Shown here piece after piece: positions 52,139 through 64,000 of a DNA stretch of 64,000 nt. The position numbers and the translations under genes were made by a program. The notes beneath the pieces were generated by a model. That model was not told where the DNA came from. It did not search any database and saw only the letters and a program-made list of their open reading frames with translations. The stretch's first letter is position 1. The number at the start of each line of letters is the position of its first letter. This DNA is from Antedon mediterranea (lineage: Eukaryota; Animalia; Echinodermata), in assembly GCF_964355755.1 (NCBI RefSeq), contig NC_092675.1, positions 25,206,912-25,270,911 of the forward strand, written 5' to 3'.

Positions 52139-53418
52139 GTAAGTATTGTTAATTTAAAATGTATTTCAAAAGTAATTCAGTACTACTATCTCATCTGTGC
52201 TTCTCATTCGTTTTTTTGCTGAAGTACGGTACGAAAAAGTGAATAATTAATTTTGCATATATTTCCATTGTATTTGAGAACGCTGATGTGTCTCAGGTTT
52301 TTTTAAATTAAATGATAAAATATCTATAAAATTGTTGAATTCTCAATATGTCTTTTTAGTTAGAATTACCTTATTTTATTTTTAATTATTCAGTTGATCT
52401 TATGATATAAAAAATATTAGCGTCGTACCTAAACATGGGAAAAAATATGGTAGATTCTTCTATATTATGATAAAATTATTTGGAAAGCTCTAGTATTAGT
52501 AATGATGGAATTCAGTTATGTTTGGCTTTCATTTGAGTGATATACAAAATTATTGAAATACTGTAATTTTGAATAAACACTTTAAATTTAAATTTTGTTT
52601 TTATCTCTGTCACTTTGAATATTTCATTTGACATTGAAACAATTTTGAATATAGACATTATGGTGGCAAGTATATTAGTGATTGCCCATTTTTATTGGTC
52701 AATTAAATTATATCCGATGGCCTATATCATCAAAGACAATCTTCTGTCCACTGTCTCGACTGGTCATTTTATTTCTGTGTACCATGGACTTGTATAATAA
52801 TTCTCATAGTTTCATTTTTTTAGAAGTAGTATTTTAGTAATTAATATTTTTTAATAAATTATCAATTGTGAATCAATTGTTTAGAAATTCTTTTTATGAA
52901 GGCTATAATCGTTTTCGAATCCTGCATAATTTATTTGGTTCTAATGACCTCAGATTTGTTTTCAATTATTACTTTTGATATTATTATATCCAGAACTAAG
53001 AAGAGATAGCCTATATTGATCTATTTTATATCATATAGTAACATAGTTTATAAGCCTTCATTGAAAAACCTGAATTTTATTTTGTAGAAAATCAAATTCT
53101 GAATTGCAATCACTATATAAAGTGTACATTTTTCAACAACAACATAATTTTCTCATTTTCATGACTTTCTAAATTAAACATACAGTATACATTTATAATC
53201 ATTTCCAAAACCATTAAGTCCATTTGTAACAACTTAATTGCATTTGGCCAAAAATCCAATTTTAATTTACTCTACATCCTTGAGATGTTAAGTACACATG
53301 TTTATGTAAAATAATTGTTTTATAGAAAATATGTACAACCTTGGATTTATATTAGTAGTATTCCTCACGCTATTGAGACATTGAAAATATTGTTGTATTG
53401 TATGATTATCAAAGTTAA

Positions 53419-53764
53419 AGATATATTGTCCCCCTAAAAAAATATTTTTTTCAATTTTTTTGTTGAATATGTTATTTTAATGTCACATAATAGTTATTCA
53501 CTCTCACAAAAAAATTGGGTCTGAAAAAAATTTATTTACCTGAGAAAAATGTAATTTAAAGCAAAAAATGGTCAAATTGTCTGGAAGACAATGAGTTTTT
53601 AGGTAATTTAACTGTTTATTTTGTCTTTTTATAGGTGAAATAATTTTTTTTTCCCATTTTTTTTCTTATGGAAGTGAACAACTTCATTAAAACTGCAAAA
53701 TGGCCTATTCAAAGTCCGATTTTAAAAATCTTTATTTTTCATGATTTTGGGGGACAATACATCT
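53419..53764. mobile_element. TTAA-specific MITE (Kolobok-like)
   Basis: TTAA|AGATATATTGTCCCCCTAAAA...TTTTGGGGGACAATACATCT|TTAA; AG...CT termini. Confidence 0.8.
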
Positions 53765-55676
53765 TTAAAGCGATAGTATTGTAAAAGTCCATTAAGTTCA
53801 ACAAATTAGAATCTTGATTGTATAATGGGGTATAAAATAAAAGAATTTATGTCCAATTTGTTGGTTTTTATGATTAATGTTAATAACTTTTTATTCCATT
53901 ATTATGGGAAATTTCATCGTATTTCATTACAAATGGCCGAGCCGTTAAGGTATGGGGCGCCGTTTACCGTACCTAAAGAGCCAATAATATCGGCATGGGT
54001 TAGGGACCGACTGCTGTAGCCCCTTAGTTCTGGTAGTCTTCTGAACTAATGACTATAAACCATCCAGTGATTCTTAATGTTTATAAATATAATGTTGACA
54101 TTTTTTTTTTACACATTTTAAACTACATTTTTTTTTCATGTGGTACAGTGGATACAGTAATTTATGTTGCATTATTTTTTGTTGCGTTTGTATTATTTTT
54201 TTTCCATTGTGTATTTGTATCTTGTAAAATGCATCTTTGTATATAAATTACCTTTCTGTGCAGCAGTTTTCTATTTCTAATGGAGACATATTGGATTGGA
54301 CATACGAGAAGTTCATAAGATGCATTTACGGTCAAATTTCCAATGTACATTAAAATCGTGTATCTGATCCAAACGGATACTTGCAAAGTGTTACCATAAT
54401 GATAGTACATTATGCCTTAAAAGCAATGATAATTTAAAATTATGGTTTTGTCTACTTATTGTGTGATTAGTGTCTGTCATAATCGCCAGCTAATTATCAC
54501 AGTTGGTAATAATAGCGCTTGATCATATTCTCAATAAAAGTATAATATAAATGTACAGAAGAAATTTATATATTCTAGGTAAACATTATAGACATTCTAT
54601 CTTAAACCGCCCAGTGATATACTGAATATGTTAAACGATAAAGAGAAAGTCTGTGAGACAAATCTCCTTGACCAAGATTCGAACCATCTGATTGATATGT
54701 AAATGTCCCAAACCATTAGACCACTAGGGCTTTCATGGTATTGTTCCAATTTGATTGGCTAGCGACTCTTAAACATCCTTGTTGTAATACGGCAGAACAG
54801 CATTAGTTCTCAATTGTACTAATGTGCAACAGAGATCAATTGCCCTATTCTATGTATTAAATATAGTATTTAATATTTTTGTTGATTTTGATTTTTTATT
54901 TTAATACATATGTAGTATAATATACCATTAACTTTGTACTTTATGACATTCTAACTTTAAGTGTTTTGCACTTTACTATAACATGAATTAAATATGAAAA
55001 TGTGTCTCAAGAGAAACAAAATGGCCATCCAAGTTGCTACAGAATGATGTTCACATCCTAGTAGTAATTATAATATGCTTTTTAAATAAGTCAAGGAGAA
55101 ATAATGCTTTGCCTTGTATACAAATATAATATATAAATATATAAATATTTTGGTATATCTTTATTCAAAAAAAGTCAATGACACAAACAGCCGATGGCTG
55201 AAACCGTAGTCGTACAAAAAGTTATTACAGATATATATATATATATATATTATTAAATTGCTATTCCACACATTATAGTGGTAACTATGCATAATGCTAC
55301 TATATAATAATAATAATATCAATACATACATGCTAAATTTTTTAAACTATATTAAAAACACACCTTGGGGTTGGTATCTGCCAATATGCTTATACAGTAT
55401 ATAGTTAACTTTCCCAATACCAAATACTCTTGCTCAAAATATGAAATTGTCCACTGTATTCTGGTCTTACTATAATCTTTCTGCCCTAAATACTCTTTCT
55501 TAATATTACAATTTACAGAGGATGTTATGAACAGACACGCTTTTTACCAACACATTAATTATATTTCCTTTAATTATTGTAAGTAATAATATGCAGTGGT
55601 TAACTTCAAATACTTAATTATTGAGTACATCTATCACGAACACATACTTGATTGAATTTGTTCTTTGATTTTTCAG

Positions 55677-55705
55677 AAAGAATTTGGTGTGACACGTAGA
55701 GGAAG
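55677..55705 (+). CDS. MAST: MAST exon (KEFGVTRRGS)
   Basis: tttttcag acceptor, AAG|GTGAGT donor, 29 nt, phase 0/2; corresponds to the vertebrate MAST KELSLPRRGS segment. Confidence 0.85.
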
Positions 55706-56271
55706 GTGAGTGTGACACTATATGAAAGTTAACCAAGTTCATTTTGGGTGTGGTTAACTTTAAACCATCTGTTTATCTGTTTAGAATAACGTCTTAATCA
55801 GCGTTCACTAATTTACTTCAGAAGCCAATGTTTCTGTGATTAATTTGTTTTAATTTTTGTCATTAAAATAGTTGCGTTCTGGGCATTTATTATTGATATT
55901 GATACATGAATATAGAAACTTTAATCTTTTTATGATGATTTTTTTTAATTTTTTCAAATGTCACCAGTCATATCATCATTGTAAAATAATCCATTATATT
56001 CAATATTATTGCTTATAAGATCAATTTTATTTTCTAATCTCAACATTAAATGTTGATAGACTATCTATCAATAGATATCATTGTGATCATTTTTATTTCT
56101 GATCTACACAAATAATATTTTATTTATTTCATAAGCATCCAACAGTGAACATCCAACTTGCCAATAATACAGGATGAATAACTATATTTCGGTATAAGTT
56201 ATCATATAGTATTATAAACTGATTGTCATTTGAAGCTTAGAGAGTGAAGTTGAAAGAGTTAAAAAACTGGC

Positions 56272-56340
56272 ACTAGGTCAGGATTGAACCGTGGACCTTG
56301 GGATTGGAAGGCAAACATGTTAACCACCAAGCTACAGTTC
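56272..56340 (-). mobile_element. tRNA-derived SINE head (related fragment at ~36330-36365)
   Basis: Reverse complement TAGCTTGGTGGTTAACATGTTTGCCTTCCAATCCCAAGGTCCACGGTTCAATCCTGACC has A/B boxes but broken stems. Confidence 0.6.
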
Positions 56341-58287
56341 CACTTCATTATTTTCAGCATCATCATTATTATTGACATTTTATCATTAAATGTTGATATC
56401 TATAGAGTAGATACATCCAGCTTTTTATAAACATCTGTCTAATCCACTGTGATCTGCCATTTATAATACATTAATAAGAACATGAAGCGACGGCATAGAA
56501 ATTTGATTTGTTGCTACTTGTTCGCATTCCATTAACGGCACGTGAGAGCAATCATCCGATAAACATGCTTCAAATTCTGTTATGCAATTCCAATTTAAAA
56601 ATTGGGTCGTTGGTGAACTTCTTTATACAAATGAGTCATCCTCGTTTAGCATTTACGATGTTCATTACGTCTGAATACAATTATTTGAAAAGAAATTTGA
56701 ATTTCATTAATTTTGCATTTTATAATTGTTTTAATTAATTTCAACAAATTTGTCTATAATTTTGATTAAATTGCTGGTAAATACTAGTGATTGATGTTGC
56801 CTTGAATCCCATAACCTTAATAAAGACTTCAATCATAATGTTAAGATGGCTGTTATCATAGTTGAAGGTGAAAAGATACAGTAAAACCAGCGAAAAAAAG
56901 AACCCTCAAACTGCTTTTTTTTTCAATCCCTAAAGTGAAAGATAACTAGTAACTCATAACGAAAAGCAGAACTTATGTCCAAATGTAATACTCATGGGGA
57001 ATTAAATTGGGCAATTAGCCCTACATTTGAAATCCCATAGGATTATACATCACTTGTGCTCAACAGCTAACCCTAAAACATGTTATTTTGGGCCACACTG
57101 GCCTATATTCATTGCCCATGAGATTGCACCAGAGCAAGTGATCATCTCATCAAGGAGTTTAGTATGCACACATGTACACTATACCGCAACATGTTGAACA
57201 GTCATGTCTTTTATTTGCTAATATTACAATTTAAAAATAATTTTATATTATAATCATTATTATCATTATTTTAGTTTATAATAACCCAAATGATCATCAT
57301 AATAATATAATTGACAAAAGCAAATATGGAAAGATAAAAAGGGTTAAATAAAACATTCCATGTTAATGTTTTAAAATATCAACTTAATTTTATATTAACT
57401 TCAAATTTAGTTTTCAAGAAAAAAAAAACAAACTTTCATATCATGAAATAATTGTACACGACTGGGGTCTGAGCAGGAATAAAGTAAAATAAAAAATACT
57501 TAAAAATAAATTAGTATTGTTGTTGTGGCGAAAAATGTAAAGATTATTTCACAATCCAATATAACAAATCTCTCGAGATGATGTTACTAGAATGCTATTG
57601 AATTAGCGATAGAATGAAATGTAGATATTAAATTTTATACTGCATTATATGACTCTGGGAGGATTTCATAAGAGGAATATTTGAACGCAATATTATTATA
57701 ATATGAGATATTTTTAGATAATGAAGAAATGAAATAAGATCAATTTGTAAGATTTATGACATTTATGTTTTAAAGCCTTTTTGCGTTTTGATTTATTCTT
57801 ACATGATTACATTTAGAAATGTTTTCATGTATACCAGAATTTGTCTACAAATACTTGATTTTTAGTGAACTGCTATAAAACAAGGCCATATACATAAATA
57901 ATAATAACTGGTACTTGATATAGCACATTATGCTGAAAGCCTCAATGGCTGCAGTTTTGATTTATTGAGCTATAGAGTCGCGTTTGCACAAAAATATCAA
58001 AACAATTGTATTCGATGAGACATTTGTTTTTAACAAGCAATATACCCCTATTTGTTTGTTTAGTGAAAATGTATGCAGAGATTATTGAAGATTATTTAAA
58101 ATGTTTATTTGGCATCTATGTCAAGCTTCTTAAATTTATTATAGCACATTACTTTGTCATCTTTTCCATATTAATGTAAACATCTGACAGATCTGTTGAC
58201 CTTTTAACGATATTTTCTGTTTAAGCATTCATTATTACAAATATGATATGAAATTCTCAGCTGTTTATATCTATCTTGTTATTTCAG

Positions 58288-58349
58288 TAAGCATGGAAGG
58301 AAGGTGGCATCACCAGTTCTTCCTAGGGCACACTCACCTGTTTCCCATG
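58288..58349 (+). CDS. MAST: MAST exon (KHGRKVASPVLPRAHSPVSH); the gene continues beyond the window
   Basis: atttcag acceptor, G|GTAAGA donor, phase 2/1; corresponds to MAST SPTLPRPHSP. Confidence 0.87.
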
Positions 58350-60045
58350 GTAAGAACATAATTATGTAATTGTTTAATGATCAAAAAATTTTATCTCAAG
58401 TCTTTACAGCAGAGTAGTGTCAGGCACATTCCCACCCTAGAATCTTAAACAAAAAACCTCAAAGTGGAAGCACATCGTTACTCATCCCTACCCAGGATTT
58501 TGAAGACAAAAAGAGAGCAAAAAGGAAAAGACTAGTATTCCTTACCTCGGAAATGGTCTGAATAAGGAGCTTACTGTATCATCATGGAGGTATAAATACC
58601 TCCATGATCTATTTAGAGAAATGAATAATCTAGGAAATATTAAAATAGTTCCGTAAAATAGATCTATAAACTTGCCTGACTTTTTATTTCTAACAAAAAG
58701 GAGAAACAATCTCTGTTTTTACAAACATCAGTGCAAACAGGCTCTTGTAACAATATTGCATATATACTTCAGCAACGAATCTATCAACAAAAACGTCACC
58801 AATCCATATTATAATGTATTTTCTTTGTTGTTCCTTTTTTCACTGTAATTAATCTACTGATTATTCTTTATCCAACAATTGTGTGAACAGCGACTGTATG
58901 TTTTGTACATACAGCTAAACTAAGAAAGACATAATAATATTTTTAAAAGAACTTCTAATTTTCATTTATCGATTTAATCTCCCAAAATGTTAACATTTGA
59001 TTGAGTTAATAAGCAGCATGACATTGGCCTTTTGATGATTCATTGCTTTTATGATACCAGCAACAAAGCTTAATATAAAATATTGTCATTTCAAACTACC
59101 ATCACTGTCAACACCATTTATTTTATTATTTGTAATATCTATTTTACATATTGCTTTACGTTTTTACAGGGTGTTCTTTTTTTTCGTAAAAAGTGACACT
59201 TGTAAATGTAAGCAATTGGAGATAAGATTTAGGCTTGGCCTACAGTACTACAGTAGTATAAGATGAATCAGATTTGCTGAGTTAGGCCTATTTACTAGCA
59301 CTTTCATGTTATTAGCTTGTAAAGGGCACTTTATGAAAAGGAGGGGGGCGGAGGTTCTTTAGAACCCACGAACCATCAGGTTAAGGGCTTGAGGAGAACA
59401 AAAAAACAATTAACAATCATTACAGTACATATGATTAGGTTTATGTACCATATAATTTGAAGAACATAAACATTGAACAATATAACATAGAACGGGAAAC
59501 AAATATATTAGATTCATTGACAGGAGAAGCTATTGCTTAATACAGTATCATCATTATTGCCTCGAAAACGTGTGTGTTAAAAGTTGCTAGGTCAAGGCTG
59601 GCGTGATTTGAACAACCATGTGGGACACTGTTTTGATCTCCATCAAATCGTAGGCTTTGGCGTGCTGTCAACAAAACGTAGGCCTGAATGATCCAGCATG
59701 ATGGAAAAAGTTAGATTATTGTTAGCACTGTTTTTTAATGTTATACTTTAGGGATATGCAACTTGAAAGAAATAAGGAAGACTTTATCAAACCCATAGTC
59801 TGGTTTTTACAGAGGGTTTGTTTTATCATAAAATGGAGAAAATAGTCACAAGCTAGACTCGTTTGGCATATTTACATTAGTTCAACTTATGATTTCTAGG
59901 TTGAAAACTTCAAACTCTCCTGGCTATGAGCTTGAGTATAGCTGCCATGGTGGATCAAGTTGAGATAGTTAGAGTACTTAGGCCTACTGTGTTTAGAATG
60001 TTCATTTGAGGAGGAAAAGAATAAATGACTGTATACCAGTAATTC

Positions 60046-60532
60046 TTTAGATGTTGCATGGATATTGGTTTGAGAATGGAATATGGTTTTATGGAGAGCA
60101 TCATGTTGTCAGTTCTGTATAGGATCCATTATGGATGAGAGAGAAGGATGGCGTTTATCAGATTTTGGATGTTGCATATTGTGTAATAGTAAAGAGTAAT
60201 GACATATAATGGTTTTATGGAGAGAATCAGTTCTGTATAGGATCCATTATGGATCATATGAGAGAGAAGGATGGCGTTGATCAGATTTTGGATGTTGCAT
60301 ATTGTGTATTATTAAAGAGTAATGACATATGGTTTTATGGAGAGCATCATGTTGTCAGTTCTGTATAGGATCCATTATGGGTGGAGAGTAGGATGACGTT
60401 GATCAGGTTTGGATGTTGCATATTGTGTATTATTAAAGAGTAATGACATATGGTTTTATGGAGAGCATCATGTTGTCAGTTCTGTATAGGATCCATTATG
60501 GATGAGAGAGAAGGATGGCGTTGATCAGGTTT
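60046..60532 (+). repeat. Tandem repeat, ~120 bp x 4
   Basis: gatgttgcat recurs at ~60050, 60168, 60291 and 60412, each unit carrying tcagttctgtataggatccattatgg. Confidence 0.9.
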
Positions 60533-60958
60533 TAGTTCAGGATATTGATGACAGGTGTTACAAAGATATAGTCAGTGATGTTTTTTAAATTGTTCAATAA
60601 AAATGACAACATCCTGTCATATGTAATTTTTTAGAAACCATCCATGTCGGTAATCTAATCATTTTTTGCCTATTTTATTTTCAAAATCAGTTCATTTTAG
60701 TATCATTCTTTTTCCTGACTATTTGGAGCTAAGCCAAGTAGTTAAGTTTATCATATGTTATTATACTAATACAATAAAAGCAGTTCTTGCATTCTTTGGG
60801 GAATTGCTTGGAAATGTTTTGATGCTTAACCTTGTGGTCAGAAGTTCAAATCTTCCATGCTGACAGTGACTATTTTCTGCTCTTGGCCTGTTGCAACCCT
60901 AAATTAAATGTTGACTTTGTGTTTGATGTGTTCAGTAACCGTAGCTGAGCAGGTATAG

Positions 60959-61312
60959 CAGGGAAAAATTTCATTTGAAAATTTTGTTTAGCAAAATTGC
61001 TATCAAACTGATTTTTTAATCAAGAAACATAGTTTTGTATTGTATTTTTTGCTACACAATTGTAGAAATGTGTAGCAAAAAGGTTGTTTTGTATAGCTTT
61101 TTGCTATGCTACACCAGGGGAAAATTTCATTTTTAAATTTTGTTTAGCAATATTGCTAATCAAACTGATTTTTTAGTCGAGAAACATAGTTTTGTATTGT
61201 ATTTTTTGCTACAAAAATTTAAAAATCTGTTGCAAAATGGTTGTTTTGTATAGCTTTTTGCTATGCTACACTGGCGAAATTATTCCCTGTACACTGGCGA
61301 AATTATTCCCTG
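60959..61312. mobile_element. ~175-bp hAT-like MITE with 5-bp TSD, with a second copy (61115-61289) nested inside it
   Basis: TIR CAGGGAAAAATTTC...GAAATTATTCCCTG; outer TSD TATAG, inner TSD TACAC. Confidence 0.85.
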
Positions 61313-62481
61313 TATAGTATAGGAGTATCAGCAATGGTGTATTACGCTTATGAGCACTAACTGGCTAAACATAATAATGTGACCTTATCATAGGCCATGC
61401 CTGGCCTAACCGTAACATAAAGTAATGCGCCACGATACAAATGTGATACTGTATTTCAGAATTTGCTTATGATGATACTGGACAAAATACCAAATGTGGA
61501 GATACAATAAAAAGAATCTGATTCTTCTAGATACTTTTTCAACACTGTGTGTAACCACCAATAGGACAAGCAATCAAGTGTTTTCAAGATATTTAAAATT
61601 CTTTTTAATGACAACTGCTCCAACTTTAACACATTATAGGCCACTTTCTATTATTTGGAGAAAGGCTACAGCAATACAGTAGTAATGTTACTCTATAATA
61701 TAGCAAGTAAAGAATGAAACTATATAAACAGAAAGTTTTGAAAAGTTCTTGTCTAATACACAACTTAATTCAATACAATTGCTATAGAAACTCAGGTTAA
61801 TTTTCGTTTATTCCTTCGGGCCTTCAAAGGGATGTTAAAAAAAATGATAGAATGAGTCACAAGCCAATAAAGGTAAATGGTGAAATTATGAATTTTAATA
61901 TACTGAGCGGAAAACAGTAAAGTATTGTGAAAAACAAGTTGGCGTTTTATATAGTACTGTACTTGCACTCGAGGTAGTCTAGACAGGTATAGAACCAACA
62001 GTTTTAATTTCAATCAATCAATATTTGATAAACTTACTGTATATAGGCCAACACACAGATATTCGGAAGCTTTTTGGTTACAGTATAGATAGTATGTTAG
62101 TTTAAATAATAAAATTGTCACTCTCCAAATTGGCATCTTCCTTTTCAAATATGATCTATGGCTATATAACAAACAGGAAAGGGAAAGTACTGTACGTTTT
62201 GGTAGCAAAGTTTACATGTCAGTAATAATTTCACAATTTGCTGAAATGCCTTTCAGGTGTGGAAAGGTCCAAGCCAGTGAATGCATTCTGTAATCCATGA
62301 CTCAAACCATTGAATTTAAGGAGAGATTGGTACAATTTGAACATATGACACTAGCATTGGAATATAAAAATGACCTGGAGATAATCTGCTTTTACAAATC
62401 AGAATTATCATTATAAGGCCATTCTGGCAAAGTGTGTTTTTATGCATTGAACTTCTGATCGATGGATCAGGAGATTCAGAC

Positions 62482-62519
62482 CAGGGATGTATAACAATTA
62501 TTATTTTTATACCTCTCTG
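62482..62519. mobile_element. 38-bp imperfect palindrome with 7-bp TSD (P-superfamily-like remnant)
   Basis: ttcagac|CAGGGATGTATAACAATTATTATTTTTATACCTCTCTG|ttcagac. Confidence 0.65.
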
Positions 62520-64000
62520 TTCAGACCAACAACTAAATGTATATTTCCATTATAATATATAATTTATTATAATCCGACATTATACTCTACTAAAGTAAAA
62601 TTTATTTGAAATTAACACATTTTACAATCGAGTATCTTAAACTTGACTGTGTCTTCAAATAATCTTCTTAATATTTGATTGGTAGATTCAGTTTTAACTG
62701 GAACTCTACAATATTTCTATCATTACCAGACCTCTAAGTGTAAAAACCCTACTCAGATAACACACATTTAAGGAAATAGGCTGTTCCTATATATACTTAA
62801 TAGTGGTTATAATATTCCACTTTTTTCTACTGGGAATTTCCAGTAATCTCCAGGAATAGTCTAGGAAATAAACTATTAATTCTATTTGAATATCAATTAT
62901 TTTCAAATTGCTAAAAAAAAACCCCAAAACAATACAAATGGGAAATAATTTTATTAATCAGTGCACAGTGGTTTTGAAGTTAATTCCATGTCTGGGGAGA
63001 CAGATAACTTTGATATATTGTGCCATATACATTGTGTACAACCTTTACCCTATGACTGTATTATATGATTGATTTTGTTTGTGTATTCTTATATACTAGT
63101 CGCTACTGATTTGAATAGCTATTACAAATACACCAAACTTTACAATGATGAAATAGAAATAGTCACGCACGTGCATGAGTTTGTGCCACAATCAGTGACA
63201 AAACAACATTTTTTTATTTAGTTTTGACTGAACAATTTATTTTTCCAATTGTTTCTGAATTTTTCTAAATCCATTTACTCTATAATTCTTTTGTTGTTCA
63301 GTCACCCGATAGTTTGGTTATCCGGTGGTATCATTTATCGTACAAGCCTGAATTTGTTGCAAATAATGGTGTAAATTACTTGCACTAATGTACGTTCGAT
63401 CCAAGTGCAAGTTTCTTTTAAAATCTACCCATTATACCTAATCCTGAATAATCTATTTTCTAGACTCAAATTACCTTCCTTGAAAGTAATCTTTCTGAAT
63501 AGGTTGTGGTACATTTGATAGGTCCAATTATCAGCAATATAGATAAATTTGTAATTACTGCTTGTTCAACTGTGAATTCTAAATAGTAGACTTGACAAAA
63601 TTACCTTCCACAGATAATTTTAATTTGGAACATCGCATTGCATTGTTCTTAATGAATAATTTACAGGAATGATAACTCGCTGAATTAATATACATGTTAC
63701 ATATAAAGTCTTATTTTGCTTTTTTTTTTCTGCATTTAAGTCCATCTATAATTCTCCCTAATCAAGTGATATTAAATATCCTTTATAATATGATATGTCA
63801 TCCCATCTTTACAACAGGAAGCATGTTTTTATAATCACTTCATTTCCGTATTTTAATCCAATGATATTTTCAAAACAATACTAATGATTTCCTGTTGACA
63901 CTTTTGTTGTTGTTTTATTATATTTTTGTTGCTTTTTTTACAATATTATTTGAAGGCTTCCGTACTATTGACTAATTAGATATTTAAAACCTTGTCCTAT

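Noticed and set aside
53933-54019. GC-rich short ORF MAEPLRYGAPF...
   Set aside because: No donor before the stop; begins with an A-box-like TGGCCGAGCCGTTAAGG, so more likely a decayed tRNA-derived repeat
56272-56340. Possible tRNA-Gly gene (similar segments at ~36330, ~45340, ~54670)
   Set aside because: A/B boxes present but acceptor and anticodon stems do not pair; SINE heads
60046-61312. CRISPR-like appearance of the repeats
   Set aside because: Eukaryotic context, no unique spacers, no cas genes; explained by a tandem repeat and a nested MITE
62250-62295. Acceptor tttcag as the next MAST exon
   Set aside because: No match to the expected SPLDSPRN/RRWSLASLPSSGYGT segment; the next recognisable exon is presumably beyond the window

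Overview
AT-rich, intron-rich animal genomic DNA; the SINE and MITE families suggest a marine invertebrate, possibly a deuterostome (inference only). There are two + strand protein-coding genes. (1) A complete 6-coding-exon PP2C-like domain gene of the Drosophila CG9801 family (3439-10117, about 465 aa), with one GC-AG intron and an intact antisense tRNA-Ala(CGC) inside an intron. (2) The 5' part of a microtubule-associated Ser/Thr kinase (MAST family) gene (about 16000 to beyond 58349; the kinase domain lies past the window). This MAST locus appears to carry an array of ATG-initiated, phase-0 alternative first coding exons, one encoding a SAM domain, plus candidate microexons. The non-coding DNA holds non-autonomous DNA transposons (PIF/Harbinger, pogo/Tc1-mariner, Kolobok-like, and a 5-bp-TSD hAT-like element nested in a copy of itself), SINE, LINE and 5S fragments. 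It also holds many apparent excision scars: 18-38 bp palindromes with 7-bp TSDs and over-represented TACAGTA/TACTGTA/TAGGCCTA words. All calls were made by eye without database searches.
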